From: Octopus vulgaris
Lineage: Eukaryota
Assembly (NCBI GenBank): GCA_951406725.2
Contig: OX597826.1
Location: 9,982,001-10,046,000, forward strand
DNA: 64,000 nucleotides
Reading direction: 5' to 3'
Positions 13,788 through 26,962 of this stretch are shown here, piece by piece (position 1 is the first letter of the stretch; each line of letters begins with the position of its first letter). The notes beneath the pieces were generated by a model. The model had not been told where the DNA came from and did no database searches. It worked only from the letters and a program-made list of their open reading frames with translations. A program made the translations under genes and the position numbers.

Positions 13788-14129
13788 GATTTTTCTAAAA
13801 TATATATATATATAACTGATATCCCATAGTGGGTTACACTCATAACCCCTATCACACTTTGTACTTTTAAGTTAATTTTCTGAGGAATTTGCATTGTTAA
13901 TACTTATGTACATGAAGTATCTATTCAATAGTTTAAGTGTTGTTAGCGATAAGTGAGTGCATTCAAATATAGTACATCAATTCCTCAGGATGAATACTGC
14001 TGGTAAAATGGAAAAGATTTGGATGAATTCATCAATGAAAGATATTCCCATACCAACTAGGAATAAATAATATAAATTGGTAATATCTGTAAGTCGATGA
14101 TTGAAATGTATCTGTTCCTCCATTTTCTC

Positions 14130-14180
<51 letters not shown>

Positions 14181-14181
<1 letters not shown>

Positions 14182-14387
14182 TGGAGTAAACACATAAATG
14201 TGAAACAAGGTGGAAAAAGAGTACTCAAATACCAGTGGTAGAGTAATATGCTTTATTTAAAAACAGCAGAAAATTCAACAAAACCTGTTACTCTGAGTTT
14301 CCCGTTGCCATTCAAAAACTGTCCGATGAACGGCAACGGGAAACTCAGAGTAACAGGTTTTGTTGAATTTTCTGCTGCTTTAAAATA
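14181..14387. mobile_element. Short fold-back element in (TA)n, Penelope pLTR-like
   Basis: ~55-bp stem plus unique tail; second copy at 37614-37820 in opposite orientation. Confidence 0.75.
14315..14361 (+). ncRNA. Minimal type I hammerhead-like motif (U4C, weak stem II)
   Basis: AAAACUGU-CCGAUGA-ACG GCAA CGG-GAAA-CU CAG A-GUA-ACAGGUUUU. Confidence 0.55.
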
Positions 14388-14389
14388 TA

Positions 14390-14457
<68 letters not shown>

Positions 14458-15017
14458 AACAAGAATGTTGTTGACAGTGATTTATTACTTTGCTCAAAAT
14501 ATTACCTTGCTCAAAAACAGAGGGTTGGTGACAGGAAGGGCATCCATCCATAAAGAAAATTGTCCTCCATGCTAAATGATGTGTGTGTCTCTACCTCCAT
14601 GTCTTGTCATTGCACGGTAGTTGTGTCACTGTCCTACAAGCAATGCCATTTATTTCCAATGTTCTGCATAAAATGATAATGATAATTATATATGATATAT
14701 ATATATATATATATATCAGCATCGCCTTACTGTCGTTACCAGCATTGCCTTACTGGCACCCGCGCTGGTGGCATGTGTAAAAGATTCAAGCGAGGTCATA
14801 GCCAGTGCTGCCTGACTGGCACCCACGCCGGTGGCATGTGTAAAAGATTTGAGCGAGGTCGTTGCCAGTGCCGCCTTACTGGCCCCGTGCTGGTGGCACA
14901 TAAAAGCACTCTCTACACTCTTGGAGTGGTTGGTGTTAGGAAGGGCATCCAGCTGTAGAAACTCTGCCAGATCAAGATTGAAGCCTGGTGCAGCCATCTG
15001 GTTCGCCAGCCCTCAGT

Positions 15018-15336
15018 CGTTCGAGCTTATGATCGTAAGGTTGTGAGTTTGAATCCCGGACCGGGCTGCACGTTGTGCTCTTGAGCAAGACACTTTATTT
15101 CACGTTGCTCCAGTTCACTCAGCTGTAGAAATGAGTTGCGACTTCACAGGTGCCAAGCTGTATCGGCCCCTTTGCCTTTCCCTTGGATAACACTGGTGGT
15201 GTGGAGAGGGAAGGCCGGTATGCATGGGCGACTGCTGGTCTTCCATAAACAACCTTGCCCGGACTTGTGCCTTGGAGGGTAACTTTCTAGATGCAATCCC
15301 ATGGTCATTCATGACCGAAGGGGGTCACCCTCACCC
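15018..15336 (+). mobile_element. tRNA-derived CORE-like SINE family D; other copy 6023-6358
   Basis: B box GAGTTTGAATCCC, TTGAGCAAGACACTT core; two similar copies. Confidence 0.8.
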
Positions 15337-15638
15337 TTTATATATATGTGTGTGTGTGCATCTTTGTCACCTACCACTGCTTGACAACTGATGCTGGTTT
15401 GTTTATGTCCCCATAACTTAGTGGTTTGACAAAAGCGACCAATAGAATAAACACCAGGCTCTAAGTAATAAGTACTAGGATCAATTCATTCGACTAAAAA
15501 TTCTCTGAAGTGGTGCCCCAGCAAGGCCACAGTCTAATAACCAAAACAGATAAAAGACATATATGCTAATGAAAAAAATTAATAAAGCTAATTTTATTGA
15601 ATAAAACTAATTTTGGCTTCTTTTTTTTTATTGTACAG

Positions 15639-16063
15639 GGTGTGAAAAAGACTTAACAGAAGCAATTAAATACGAGGCCAAAGGATGTGATTATGATTAC
15701 ATTCCTGCATGTTTCCAGGCAGGAATCTTAAGTCTAAGTAAAGGACACCAGAATATTCCAAATGCCGTAACCTATCTCACCAAAGCTTGCTCAAATAACC
15801 ACCCTCTCGCGTGTTTTAATCTCAGCGCACTTTATATGCGAGACCAGACTGAATTAAAGAAAGATATGAAAAAAGCTTTTGACTTAGCATTAAAAGGCTG
15901 TGAACTTGGACATCTTTATTCTTGTGTGAATCTTAGCATTATGTATCGGCGTGGCGATGGTGTGGATCAGAATTCCGAATTAGCAGATAAATATAAGAAA
16001 AAGGCCCAGTCAATGAGAGATGAGCTGGTCAAATCAGAACAGACTATTCGAATGAATGAGTGA
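15639..16063 (+). CDS. COA7: COA7 coding exon 3 (SEL1 repeats ACFNLS...KGCELGHLYSCVNLSIMYRRGDGVD), stop TGA
   Basis: T-rich tract and AG at 15637-8; 425 nt open frame; joined CDS is 666 nt = 221 aa. Confidence 0.96.
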
Positions 16064-16191
16064 CAATGCTCCATCTAGTTTTAATATACGGTACTCTAGG
16101 AAAAGAATGATCTCCCCTGCTGTTTTGTCTTCTTGTGCGAATTTCGACTTCTTTTTCACTTCACAAAATATCTATTCTTAATTTGTTTGTA

Positions 16192-16197
16192 AATAAA
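16192..16197 (+). promoter_or_regulatory. Candidate poly(A) signal of COA7
   Basis: AATAAA ~130 nt after the stop, followed by T/GT-rich sequence. Confidence 0.45.
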
Positions 16198-16319
16198 TTT
16201 TGAAACTAGATTTTACAAAAAGAAATTTCTTATTGTTTAACTTTTTGTGTATGTATGTGTCATCATCATCATTTAATATCCGTTGTCCATGCTGGCATGA
16301 GCTGGATAGTGTATATATA

Positions 16320-16900
16320 TCAGGTCATCAAGTATGAAATTTGTAGTAAGGTATATAGTAAACTTTGACTGCTGCTCATTTTGTGCCATTATTATATTTT
16401 GACAATCTTTATTTTTTGTTAGAAAGCTGACACATCTGTTTCTTTATTCTAACTTATTTTGTGTTTTATTGAGTTTTTATGAATTTTTTTTTTGTTGCTA
16501 TTTTTGTTTAGAGATGGTTAAGTTGGAAATACGTAGTTTTGAAATATGAGTTCTTTCTTGGAAATACAGCATCACAGACAGCTCGGAATATTAACGGAGC
16601 ATTTCATTTCAATGTTATTACACAGCAGACAGTATCAAATTGGTTTGCAAAATTTCGTTCTGGTAACTTTGACCTCACAAATAAGCAATGTGGTCGACCA
16701 GAAACAAAGATGGATAATGACGAACTGAAAGCTACCATTGAGTCAGATCCATTTCAAAGTGGCCATGAACTATCGTTGTTGTTTGGTGTTAGCAAGTAAA
16801 CAATATTGACTCACCTACTTCAAATCAGAAAAGTGAAAAAGTTGGATAAGTGGGTTCCACATGAACTTCAGAAACAGCAACATTTGGAAGCCTGCATTAT
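16320..16900 (+). mobile_element. Mariner 5' fragment (HTH region to WVPHEL)
   Basis: YEF..G..A.QTARNIN..F...TV..WF.KFRSGNFDL, then KKLDKWVPHEL after a stop. Confidence 0.85.
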
Positions 16901-17394
16901 GCATCTTACAAGATTGTGATTTTGATTCCTGGTCCGGGCAACATGTTCTTGAGCAAGACATTTCATTTCACATTCCTCCAGTCCACTCAGCTGGTACAAA
17001 CAAGTAATCTTGCAACAGATAAGCATCCAGTCCAAGCGGGGAATACATATGTCATGAAACCGGCCCTTATAAATCGAGAAGGTAACCGTTACTATTTTGT
17101 TTTTTCACCTAATTCCAGCAGACCCATGCAAGCATGAGAAAGTTGATATAAGAACATTCATGATGTGTGTGTATTCTGGTGTCTTATTTTAGTGAGTTAC
17201 TTGGGGTTTTTGTAATGGTTTGGGCTGCAGGAAGGGATTATGCCAACAGCTTTCACAAGCTCTCCAAGTCCAAGAGATCAATACAGTTGATATTCCTTTT
17301 GAAGAGTTGTATGATGGAATTCCAGAATGACAATGTTCTTGGGAGAAAGGACTGGATAAATTAGTGTTGGGCTACACTACACTTCATGAAAGGT

Positions 17395-17640
17395 CAGGGT
17401 TGGCGAAAGCGATGTGGTTGACAACGAAAAACCTGGCTGATGACAGTCAAGGCTGACCTGGAACCCAACCTAGGCCCCCATATCTACGGCGTTCGCTGCT
17501 GGAATAAGGAGTGGTTGGAGATCACGCGGTCGTTAGCCTCAAATCGCCAGGCCTGGTCGGCGTTTGTGAGAGATGCAGCATTGAGGATGAATGAAGCCAG
17601 CTCAACCCACCCCGGGTGAATGCTGTAAGAAGATGATGAA
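17395..17640 (+). mobile_element. 3' fragment of a second RTE family
   Basis: Translates to GWRKR..QRKTWLMTVKADLEP..GPHIYGVR.WNKEW....LASNRQAWSAFVRDA, an RTE C-terminus. Confidence 0.7.
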
Positions 17641-18628
17641 AGGTCAAACTATTGAATTGAATGATCTTAAAAGGAGGTGGTACAAGACCAGCCAGCTTTG
17701 GGGGTCTAGAAACCATGGCAGTTGCAGAAGAAAAGACAATATGAAGAGAACATGACTATGGGCCAAAGGCTGGAGTGTATTGGCAATTACCTTCATACCA
17801 ACTGAACCTTTGCCTGTCCACAGCCATTTTCATAAGTTTGTCCTGAACGTCCATTCTTATTTTCAGACTTTTAGCAAGCCCTTGTTTCCTATGTTCTGGA
17901 TAATACCAAAGTTCTTCTTTCATAACTCCCAAGTTACTCCGGTGGTTGAAAGAAATTGGGAACGTGTACCATACATGATGCTTGGAGGCCAATGAAATAT
18001 GTCCTGTGTGTCATGCAATACACGGGATAGGCAAAAGGGTCACATTTGAATTTTGTTAGGGGTAACTGTTGGCGGCTGAAGTATTTCCTGATATTGAAGA
18101 GGAAAACCTGTCTTTGTGATGTAGTCTTGGCCAGTAACAAAGCATTAGAGGGAGTAGGGCAGGTAGTACTTTTATAGAGGCAGCATAAAGGTCTCCTGTG
18201 TAAATTTGTACAGGATTGGTGGCCTGAGGTGGAGTTGGGTGGTAAACTCAAGGGCTGCACACACTTTAGCTATGCCACCAGTCTTTGTTACGTTGAAGAT
18301 GTGATATGACCAGGAAAGATGTCAGTGAGAACGAGTCAAAGTGTTTGCAAAAACTTTGAGAGTTTTAGTTTTGAGTTGTTCCTGTTTGGGCAAGTAACTT
18401 AATAGTAACTGTTTTTATTTCCTTTTGCAATATTATTATCCCTTTAACATTCAGATTATCCAGTCAAATGCAATGCTTAGTGGTTGGCGTTAGGAAGGAC
18501 ATCCAGCCGTAGAAACATAGCCAGATCAGACTGGGCCTGGTGCAGCCTTCTGGCTTCCCAGACCCCAGTTGCACCGTCCAACCCATGCTAGCATGGAAAG
18601 CAGACGCTAAACGATGATGATGCTTTAA

Positions 18629-18849
18629 CCCTTTTGTTACTAACCCGGCTGAAACCGGCTCTGGCCCTGTTGTACAAATGTCTTGTTTTCTTAAGGTTTC
18701 AATTAAAATCTTCCACCAAACCTTAGTCACAATTTATGTTCCTAATACAAGCTGAATGATAACTGAGTTATTTTCCTAAATTCTTTGTTATATTTAAAGT
18801 AATTGAAAGAAACACAGAGCATCTCAAAATATATACTATAACGAAAGGG
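18629..18849. mobile_element. piggyBac-type MITE
   Basis: TTAA TSD on both sides, CCCTTT/AAAGGG termini. Confidence 0.85.
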
Positions 18850-20188
18850 TTAAAGTAATCGAGTATTATCTCATAGCTTTGGAATTTCAATGATGTGGTT
18901 GTTTTTTGAACAAAATGGAGAGGTCTGATGTGGCTGGTTTCAACACAAAACTGGTAGAATATTTGGGCCAGATCGGATTGGTTTAAATGCTAAAGGGGTG
19001 AACAGACATCTTTTACTAAGAGCAGTGGTTCTCAACCATTTTTTAACCTCGTATTTTATTTGGGTGGACTCCTGTAGCCATTTGATGTTTTAAAACAAAT
19101 CTTACATGGACCCTGGTTGAAAACCACTGATTTAGAGCTTTAAGGTGCGACTGTGTGGCCGAGGGACTTGCTTCCCAACCATGTGGTCTTAGGTTCAGTT
19201 CCATTGTGTGATACCTTGGGTAAGTGTCCTCTACTATAAACATGGGTTGACTAAAGTCTTGCAGTGCATTTGGTAGGTGGAAACTAATATATATATATAT
19301 ATATCACTGTGACTGACCAGGCTATCAGATGTTGCTACACATCGCTGGTCACAATGCACTTCGCATTGTTTTAGCCTTCAAATGACACCACCCTGCTGGC
19401 TAAGTGAGCAGGCCAATAGAAGAAAGAATGAGAGAAAGTTGTGGCAAAAGAGTACAGCAGGGATCGCCACCACCCCCTGCCGGAGCCTTGTGGAGCTTTA
19501 GGTGTTTTCACTCAATAAACACTCACAACGCCCGGTCTGGGACTCGAAACCATGATCCTACAACAGCGAGTCTGCTGCCCTAACCACTGGGCCATTGCGC
19601 TTCCACATAAATATATATATATTAGAAATAGAATGTCATTGGTACAATTCTATATATTTTCAAAAAATTAATAAGAGTGACTTTCCCACTTTAATGATTT
19701 GATCAGTGATTCCCAATAAGGGGCATATGCCCCACTGGTGGGGGCCCAGGAAAAATGTTAGTGGGCATGTTGGATCCAAAATTCTTTCACCTTTTATTTT
19801 TTTTAAGTGGGACAATCTTTTCACAGCAAACATGCTACACCGATACTCAGCCTGGCCAAACCAATCCCTCCAGCCAAAGAATACTGTATGAAGACTGTTT
19901 ACTACAGTATAGGGCTGTTCTAATGCCCTGGTGTAGATATCCCTTTAAGGAAAGTACATAATTATGAGAAATCAATATTCAGTACCTAACAGAATTACTG
20001 GTAGTTTCTTTTGTATAAAATAATTGTGATAGGAAATTAAAAATAAAGTTGTTTTTTTTCTCCAACCATTTATGGGGCAAGTATTTTTTTGGAAAGTTAT
20101 AGTGGAGCCTGGGGAAAAATAAGTTGAAAATCACTAGATTAGATACATTATATACAATTGATGGATATTTGCCCTCATCTTGTTTGTT

Positions 20189-20234
20189 AACACAACGTTT
20201 TGGCTGATATACCCTCCAGCCTTCATTAGGTGTC
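20189..20234 (-). ncRNA. Degenerate minimal hammerhead motif
   Basis: GACAC-CUaAUGA-A-GGCUG..CAGCC-aAAAC-GUU-GUGUU; two core G>A changes. Confidence 0.5.
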
Positions 20235-20257
20235 TTGGGGAAATTTTGAATCTGCAA

Positions 20258-20637
20258 AAATCACAATCAAATTCGATGGCTGGCGTCCGTGCTAGCATGG
20301 TGCAAAGAGCACCATCCGAGCGTGATCGTTGCCAGAGTGGCTATCTGGCCTCCATGCCGGTGGCACGTAAAAGGCACCATTCAAGTGTGATCGTTACCAA
20401 CATCGCCTTACTGGTATGTGCAAAAGATTCGAGCAAGGTCATTGCTAGTACCGCCTGACTGGTCCTGTGCCAGTGGCACGTAAAAGCACCCACTACACTC
20501 TTGGAGTGGTTGGCGTTAGGAAGGGCATCCAGCTGTAGAAACTCTGCCAGATCAAGATTGAAGCCTGGTTCGCCAGCCCTCAGTCAAATCGTCCAACCCA
20601 TGCTAGCATGGAAAGCGGACGTTAAATGATGATGATG
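20258..20637 (+). mobile_element. RTE 3'-UTR/tail fragment (representative of many, e.g. ~14716-15017, 18479-18622, 22178-22435, 29754-29928, 30332-30690, 36460-36640, 49805-50130, 59186-59440)
   Basis: GAGTGGTTGGCGTTAGGAAGGGCATCCAGCTGTAGAAAC...CCAACCCATGCTAGCATGGAAAGCGGACGTTAAA(TGA)n, matching the 3' UTR of the 11868-13787 LINE. Confidence 0.85.
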
Positions 20638-22899
20638 GTTCTCATTTCTAAGGTTGTTGTTGTTGTTTTGAATCGAACTCAGAATCTTGGGGTTAGTAGC
20701 ACATGCTCTTAACCACTACGCCCGTAGGCAATTATGGAGTGAATTTTAGGGCTTATAAATCTAAACTGGATTAGATGCTTACAAATCCTATTGTATGTGT
20801 TTCCTTCTCTTTATTCTGCCCCCTTTCTTTTTGTATTTAATACTTTATACGGGTGTGTGCTTGTGTGTGTGTTTATGCGTGTTTTTACTTAAACTACACA
20901 AAAATATAGATGTCACTGTGACCTGACACTAAGCTGACCCACTGAAAGAAAGACAGCTTATTTTTCTATTCAGAATGTTCTATTTTTATTTTCCAAAATA
21001 CAGAATTCATTTCATAAAATAACACATACCCTATTTTTCCCCCTTATTCTTATTTTGACCTCTCTCAATTTGTATTCAATCTTTTACATGTGTGTGTGTA
21101 CACATGAATGTATGTGTGTGTGTGGTTTTGTAACACCCCTACCTTCATCCTGAAATAAACTAAGATTACATTAAAAGAAATCTGTTATCAAAACTTGCTT
21201 TTAAGCAAGAAACTCAGCCCCGAATCAAAGAGCCTTGTTTTTTGTCTTTATATAAAACAGTCACAACAGGATTTGTAAATAGCTAATCATTAAGGTGGAA
21301 AAAAATTATCAAAAAAAAATAAAGTAATTCTTATTCATTTTCTGTCAATTAGGTATGGTTGTATGGTAAGAAGTTTGCTTCCCAATCACGTGGTTCTAGG
21401 TTCAGTCCCACTTCATGGCACCTTGGGCAAGTGTCTTCCACTCTAGCTTCAGGTTGGCCAAATCCTTGAATGGATTTGGTTGACAGAAACTGAAAGAAGT
21501 CTGTCAAATATATATATATATATATATGAGGTAGTAGGTAGCGATTTTCTTCACTACTTCAGGGAGTGTCGACCCTGCCTAACATGAGTCCTGGGCTCAG
21601 CTGGCTCTGGCTGACAGTACCTGGTATCGGCCCCTATCCAGGGTTACGGAAAGGAGACAACCTTCAAAGAAATCCGGACTGGAGCTCCCGAGGTGGTTTA
21701 GTGTTCGACTCGACACTCTTCCGGCAGTTCCTGCAACCAAGCTGGTACCAAATGGAATGCTCTGCACTCCTTTGGACTACATCAGCAAGGTTGAGAGAGG
21801 AACCCTGGTGATTGGACTACTCAGGATTTTCTTACATCTAGCCCAGGTCTGCACAAAACAGGAGAGGAGACTGGAGAGGTCATGAAATGTAAAAATTAGA
21901 CTGTAGACTGGATTAGTTTATGCGCAACTCCATTGTCTCCCGAGACAAAAGGATGCCAACGACAAATATATATATATCGCAAAAGAGAATAAGCACCAGG
22001 CTTTAAAAAAAAAGTAAATACTGGCTTCAATTCAATCGACTAAAAATTCTTCAAGGCAGTACCCCAGCATGGCCACGGTCTAATAACTGAAACACGTAAA
22101 AAGATATATAGAGAGAAGAAGGTGGTCAAGAATTCTTTTTCCTAATATATAAAATCTGCACCCCACTTCAAACAATATCATCATCATCATTGTTTAACGT
22201 CTGCTTTCCAAGCTAGCATGGGTTGGACGATTTTGACTGAGCGCTGGCGAACCAGACAGCCACACCAGGCTCCAGTCTTGATCTGGCAGAGTTTCTACAG
22301 CTGGATGCCCTTCCTAACACCAACCACTCCAAGAGTGTAGTGGGTGCTTTTTACGTGCCACCAGCACGTGGCCAGTTAGGCTGCACCGGCAATGACCTCG
22401 CTCGAATCTTTTTACACATGCCACCGGCACAGGTGTCAATATATATTTTAATTTTGACCTATCACAATTTGTATTCAATTCTTAACATGTGTGTGTATGT
22501 AGACACACATGTAGATGTGGCTGTCTGGTAAGAAGTTGGCTTCCTAAACACATAGTTCCATATTCAGTTCCACTTGCATGGCACCTCGGACAAGTGTTAT
22601 CTACTATAGCCCCAGGCTGACCAAAGTCTTGTGAGCATATTCGGTAAAGGGGAAACTGAAAAAAGCCTCTGGGTGTTTGTCCCTCCACCCTGCCACCACT
22701 TGACAGAAAAGGCCAATAGAATAACTACAAAGCTTAAAAACCTTCAAGGCAGCATTCCAATAATTGAGACGAGTAAAATATGAAGCAGGTAAGGGTTGGC
22801 AACAGGAAAAGTGTCCAGCTGTAGAAATTCTACCTCAAGAAACTAACTCCATCCAACACATGCAAGAATGGAAAAGTGGATGTTGGATGACAATGATTT

Positions 22900-23200
22900 T
22901 ATATATATATATATATACACATATATATACATACATATATATACACATACATATATATACATACATACACATACATATATATACATACATACACATACAT
23001 ATATATATACATACATACACACACACACATATATATACATACACACACATATATATATACATACACACACACACACATATATATATATACATACACACAC
23101 ACACACATATATATATATATACACACACATATATATATATACACATACACACACACACACATATATATATATACACACACACATACATACATACACACAC
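22900..23200. repeat. Compound (TA)n/(CA)n/(CATA)n microsatellite
   Basis: Direct reading. Confidence 0.97.
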
Positions 23201-24820
23201 AGAGAGGCTCAGGAGTGGCTGTGTGGTAAGAAGCTTGCTTCCCAACCACATGGTGCCACAGTGTGGCATTTTGGTAAGTGTCTTCTTTAGCCTCAGGCTA
23301 ACCAAAGCCTTGCAAGAAGCATGTCATATGTGTATGTACACACACACACACACACAGTGAGGTTTGACACAATTCCATGTACAAAATTCTGGTCACAAGA
23401 TACGTTAACCTAAGGTCATTGCAGAAGATACTTGTCCAAGATGCAGTACAGTGGGATTGCACGTGGAACCACGGTATTGTGAAACAAAATTTTTAACCAC
23501 ACAGCCATACCGTCATCTTAAATAAATTCTAACTAATTTCAATATATGACAAACACTATTTATGTTTCACATAAGTTTAATGAGGGACAAGAGGAAATAT
23601 ATATGTTGTCATCTTTTTGCAATAAATAATAAATACCTGGGTTTTTTAATTTTTTCTCTTTTATAATGGACGTATTGGCAATAATGCTGAGCAATGTAAA
23701 TATTTTAAGCCAGATGTAGATGTGTTTTAGCCTAATTGGATCAATTTTTTCTAATGAGATGTTGCTTCTTTGCTAGTCAAAAACTTAGAAGTTCTGAACT
23801 TATTTGTAAAGTTACTATTTACTATGCCAAAGACCACTTTTTTTCATTAATAATTACAAGATTTTAGAAATTTCATGAATGAATAAAATTTATCTTGGAT
23901 TCTCTTTTCCTGATTTTTCTATTTGAAGATCATAGTTTTAAGATACAGGGATTGACAAAATATTTTCCGATGGGAAAATTAGAACGACTCTGATTGTAAG
24001 GCTTTGCAATTTTTCAATGAAAATGTTAAGAGACTATATAAAAGATTATGCTTTAGTGTATAGCAAGTCTTCAGAATGAAAATGCTAAAATCTGAAAGGC
24101 AAAAAAAAAAAAAAAACTGCTTCATAGCATCAATATATTTTGAATAAAACAAAAACTAGTAAGAAATTGTTAAATATATATGTATATATTTTGTCCGTAC
24201 AATGATTTTAAATTCTGTAAATACATGAACACATATTAAAAAAGCTGAAAATCATTAAAGCACCCCCACTCGAATTTTTAAATGACCTCATGACCATGTG
24301 AACAACACCCATTTTATGTTTGTAAAGTGGTATATAGCTATAGGAACACCCTTGGTGACCAATATACTATAACCATTAACAATAGGACTGTCACCATTCA
24401 CCAATACACTATTCGGTTTTCCAACAATTATTTCATAACTTTAAGGGAACTCAATGCAATAAAATATTGCAATGTAAATCATTAGATATTTCTAGAAGCA
24501 AGATAGTGGTATCAATAGACAAGGGACACACAATGACAACAGCTATTGTGTGGGGTTGTTTCTGCACTTGAATAATAAATGTGTATAAACTGCCCAAGTG
24601 CCCTGGAAAAGTTAGGGTTTTATTTTGTTAACCTTATATGGAGAAGGGAAAATAAAAAGAAACAAAAATATAAAAGAAACAAATATAAAACAAAATGTAT
24701 ATGAAGGAAATGACAGCTGTCTAAAAATTAACAAAAAATTCCACAGATTTAAATAGATAGAGAATTGGTGCATTGCTTCCCTTTGGTTCCAATAAAAACA
24801 AATGACGTGTTCATTTCTTT

Positions 24821-24859
24821 TCATAAGTTATTAAAAAGAGTTTTTACTTCCTCAAAAAC
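24821..24859 (-). CDS. CMPK1: CMPK1 last coding exon VFEEVKTLFNNL*
   Basis: Strong TTTTCAG acceptor; VFxEV..F C-terminal helix; joined CDS is 579 nt = 192 aa; followed by ~1.3 kb of repeat-poor AT-rich sequence (likely 3' UTR). Confidence 0.9.
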   Translation of the reverse strand, partial: VFEEVKTLFNNL

Positions 24860-26962
24860 CTGAAAATAGAAAAAAAGAACACAAAAAAGTATTAAGGTAG
24901 GATTAAAAAAAAAATCAAATTCGAATATATAACACGATTACTGTTGTGACTATCACATGACTATCAGAGAAAAGTTTCTTGTAATAGTATTGCCACTTAC
25001 ATCATGACATTCAAACCTCAAGGGTGTATATATCTCTCTGTCTTCCTTTACTCAACCATCCTATTTATATTCTGATCCCTGTCCCTTGCGAGTAGGCCCA
25101 GCATTTTGCCAACACATCCATCCCACTCTCTCTCTCTATCTCACCTTCTCCTGCACTTCCCTCAGGTTGGATAACCATATATTTTGTTTGCAGTAGCACA
25201 CCTGTTTCTGTCTTCATTCCTGATCTCTCTCTCTCTTTCCCCTTGGGTAACCCTGTACTTCCTCTACAGCAAGACACCTGTTTCTGTCTCTCTGTCTCAC
25301 AATAACCTTTCATCATCCGACACAAAAGCACCTCTTCCAATGAGCCCTCCCCTCTTGAAAGTTTTTTTTTTTTACGTCTTGCAAGTACTTGGTGATCTTG
25401 TCAGTGCAGGTGCAACTTAAAAGCACTAAGTCCACTCTGCTGAGTGGTTGGTATTCGGAAGGGCATCCAGCTGTAAAGACCTTGCAAAAACTGACCTCGC
25501 CTGTGCTTGTGCCACATAAAAAGCACAGTCCACTCTGCTGAGTGGTCAGTATTAGGAAAGGCAACCAGCTGTGAAATCCTGCCAAAATAGCCACAGAAGT
25601 CTGGTGCAGGCTTCTACCTGGCTGGCTCTTGTGAAACCGTCCCACCCATGCTAGCATGGAAGGCGGACGTTAAACAATGATGAGTATCATTTGAAATTCC
25701 TTTGTTGTCTCATAAATTCAACATTGCGTGCTGACTTATTAAGAACATTCACAGATTCAGTTGCAATTGGCCAAGAAAGTCATGCATTGCACCACTAAAA
25801 GAGGTGTCACTGGTTTGAGTAGTAACATTGCATTTGTCAATATTCAGAACACTTAACTCATGCAAACTGTACTAAGTATCATGATTAGGCAGTTCACAAT
25901 TACATGAAACAATACCTATTTCTTTACTACCCACAAGGGGCTAAACATAGAGAGGACAAACAAGGACAGACAAACGGATTAAGTCGATTATATCGACCCC
26001 AGTGTGTAACTGGTACTTAATTTATCGGCCCCGAAAGGATGAAAGGCAAAGTTGACCTCGGCGAAATCTGAACTCAGAACTTAATGGCAGATGAAATACC
26101 GTTACACATTTCACCCGGTGTGCTAACGTTTCTGCCAGCTCGCCACCATGAAACAATACCACTGTATAATTATGGAATATTTTAATTTGGAGTTCTAAAT
26201 GAACCTTCCTTAGAGCCTACAGAAGATAACAAAGAGCTGTCCCAGCATTTTGCCTGAATCCTCTGTGAGATCCACCACAAGCTCAGCCTTGATCTCCATT
26301 ACAGATTATTTGCAGGTATAAAAATCCATATCACATTAAACTAATGCACATCATTCATAATTGGATGGCTATTCTTCTCTAGTACTTGGAACACATAGCA
26401 AAATACAAAGATAAGTTGTTAATCAGACACAAATGGTACAATTTTCATATATTCTTGCCTTGTTTCACACAAAGCAGAAGATTTATGCTGGTATTTTTGC
26501 AGTTTTTTTCTTGGTGATTTCTTCAATACTTTTCCCATTGGGATAACCTATATCAATAAATCATTTTTTTTTTTAGTGATTATTTTCTAAAATTTTCTAA
26601 ATTTGGTCTTTTGGTAGTGGATGGTTTTTACAAAGAAGCAGGCATGTGCCACCAGTAATTACTCAGGGTAGGCAGTTGGTGACCTTTATGTAGTAAAACA
26701 CAAAAATTAAGCAAAACACTGAGCTGAAGGCAGATTTACTTCTGCCTTTACAGTATGTAAAGAAAACGGTGTTGTAGGAGTGTATGCAGCATGTGTACTA
26801 TGGCAGTACTTTGCATAGCTTAAATACTGAGATTGAAAAGCAGGGGTGAATTATTCCTACCTAATCTACAAAATAATAAAATATTTTGAATTTTATGCAA
26901 AGTAATCAGAGTAACCTTCATAATTCTATTGAATTAAGTGCATATTTTGCCATAAAAGGGAA

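Noticed and set aside
17700-18300. Decayed L1/Tx1-like C-terminus; similarly an I/Nimb-like relic at 7350-7740
   Set aside because: Too degenerate to assign by eye
22764-23360. Long low-complexity ORFs (YIYTH/VCVC), also 584-894 and 2154-2733
   Set aside because: Translations of microsatellites
26419-26547. Possible alternative last exon of CMPK1 (VIPMGKVLKKSPRKK...)
   Set aside because: Weak acceptor, no kinase similarity; the true terminal exon is at 24821-24859
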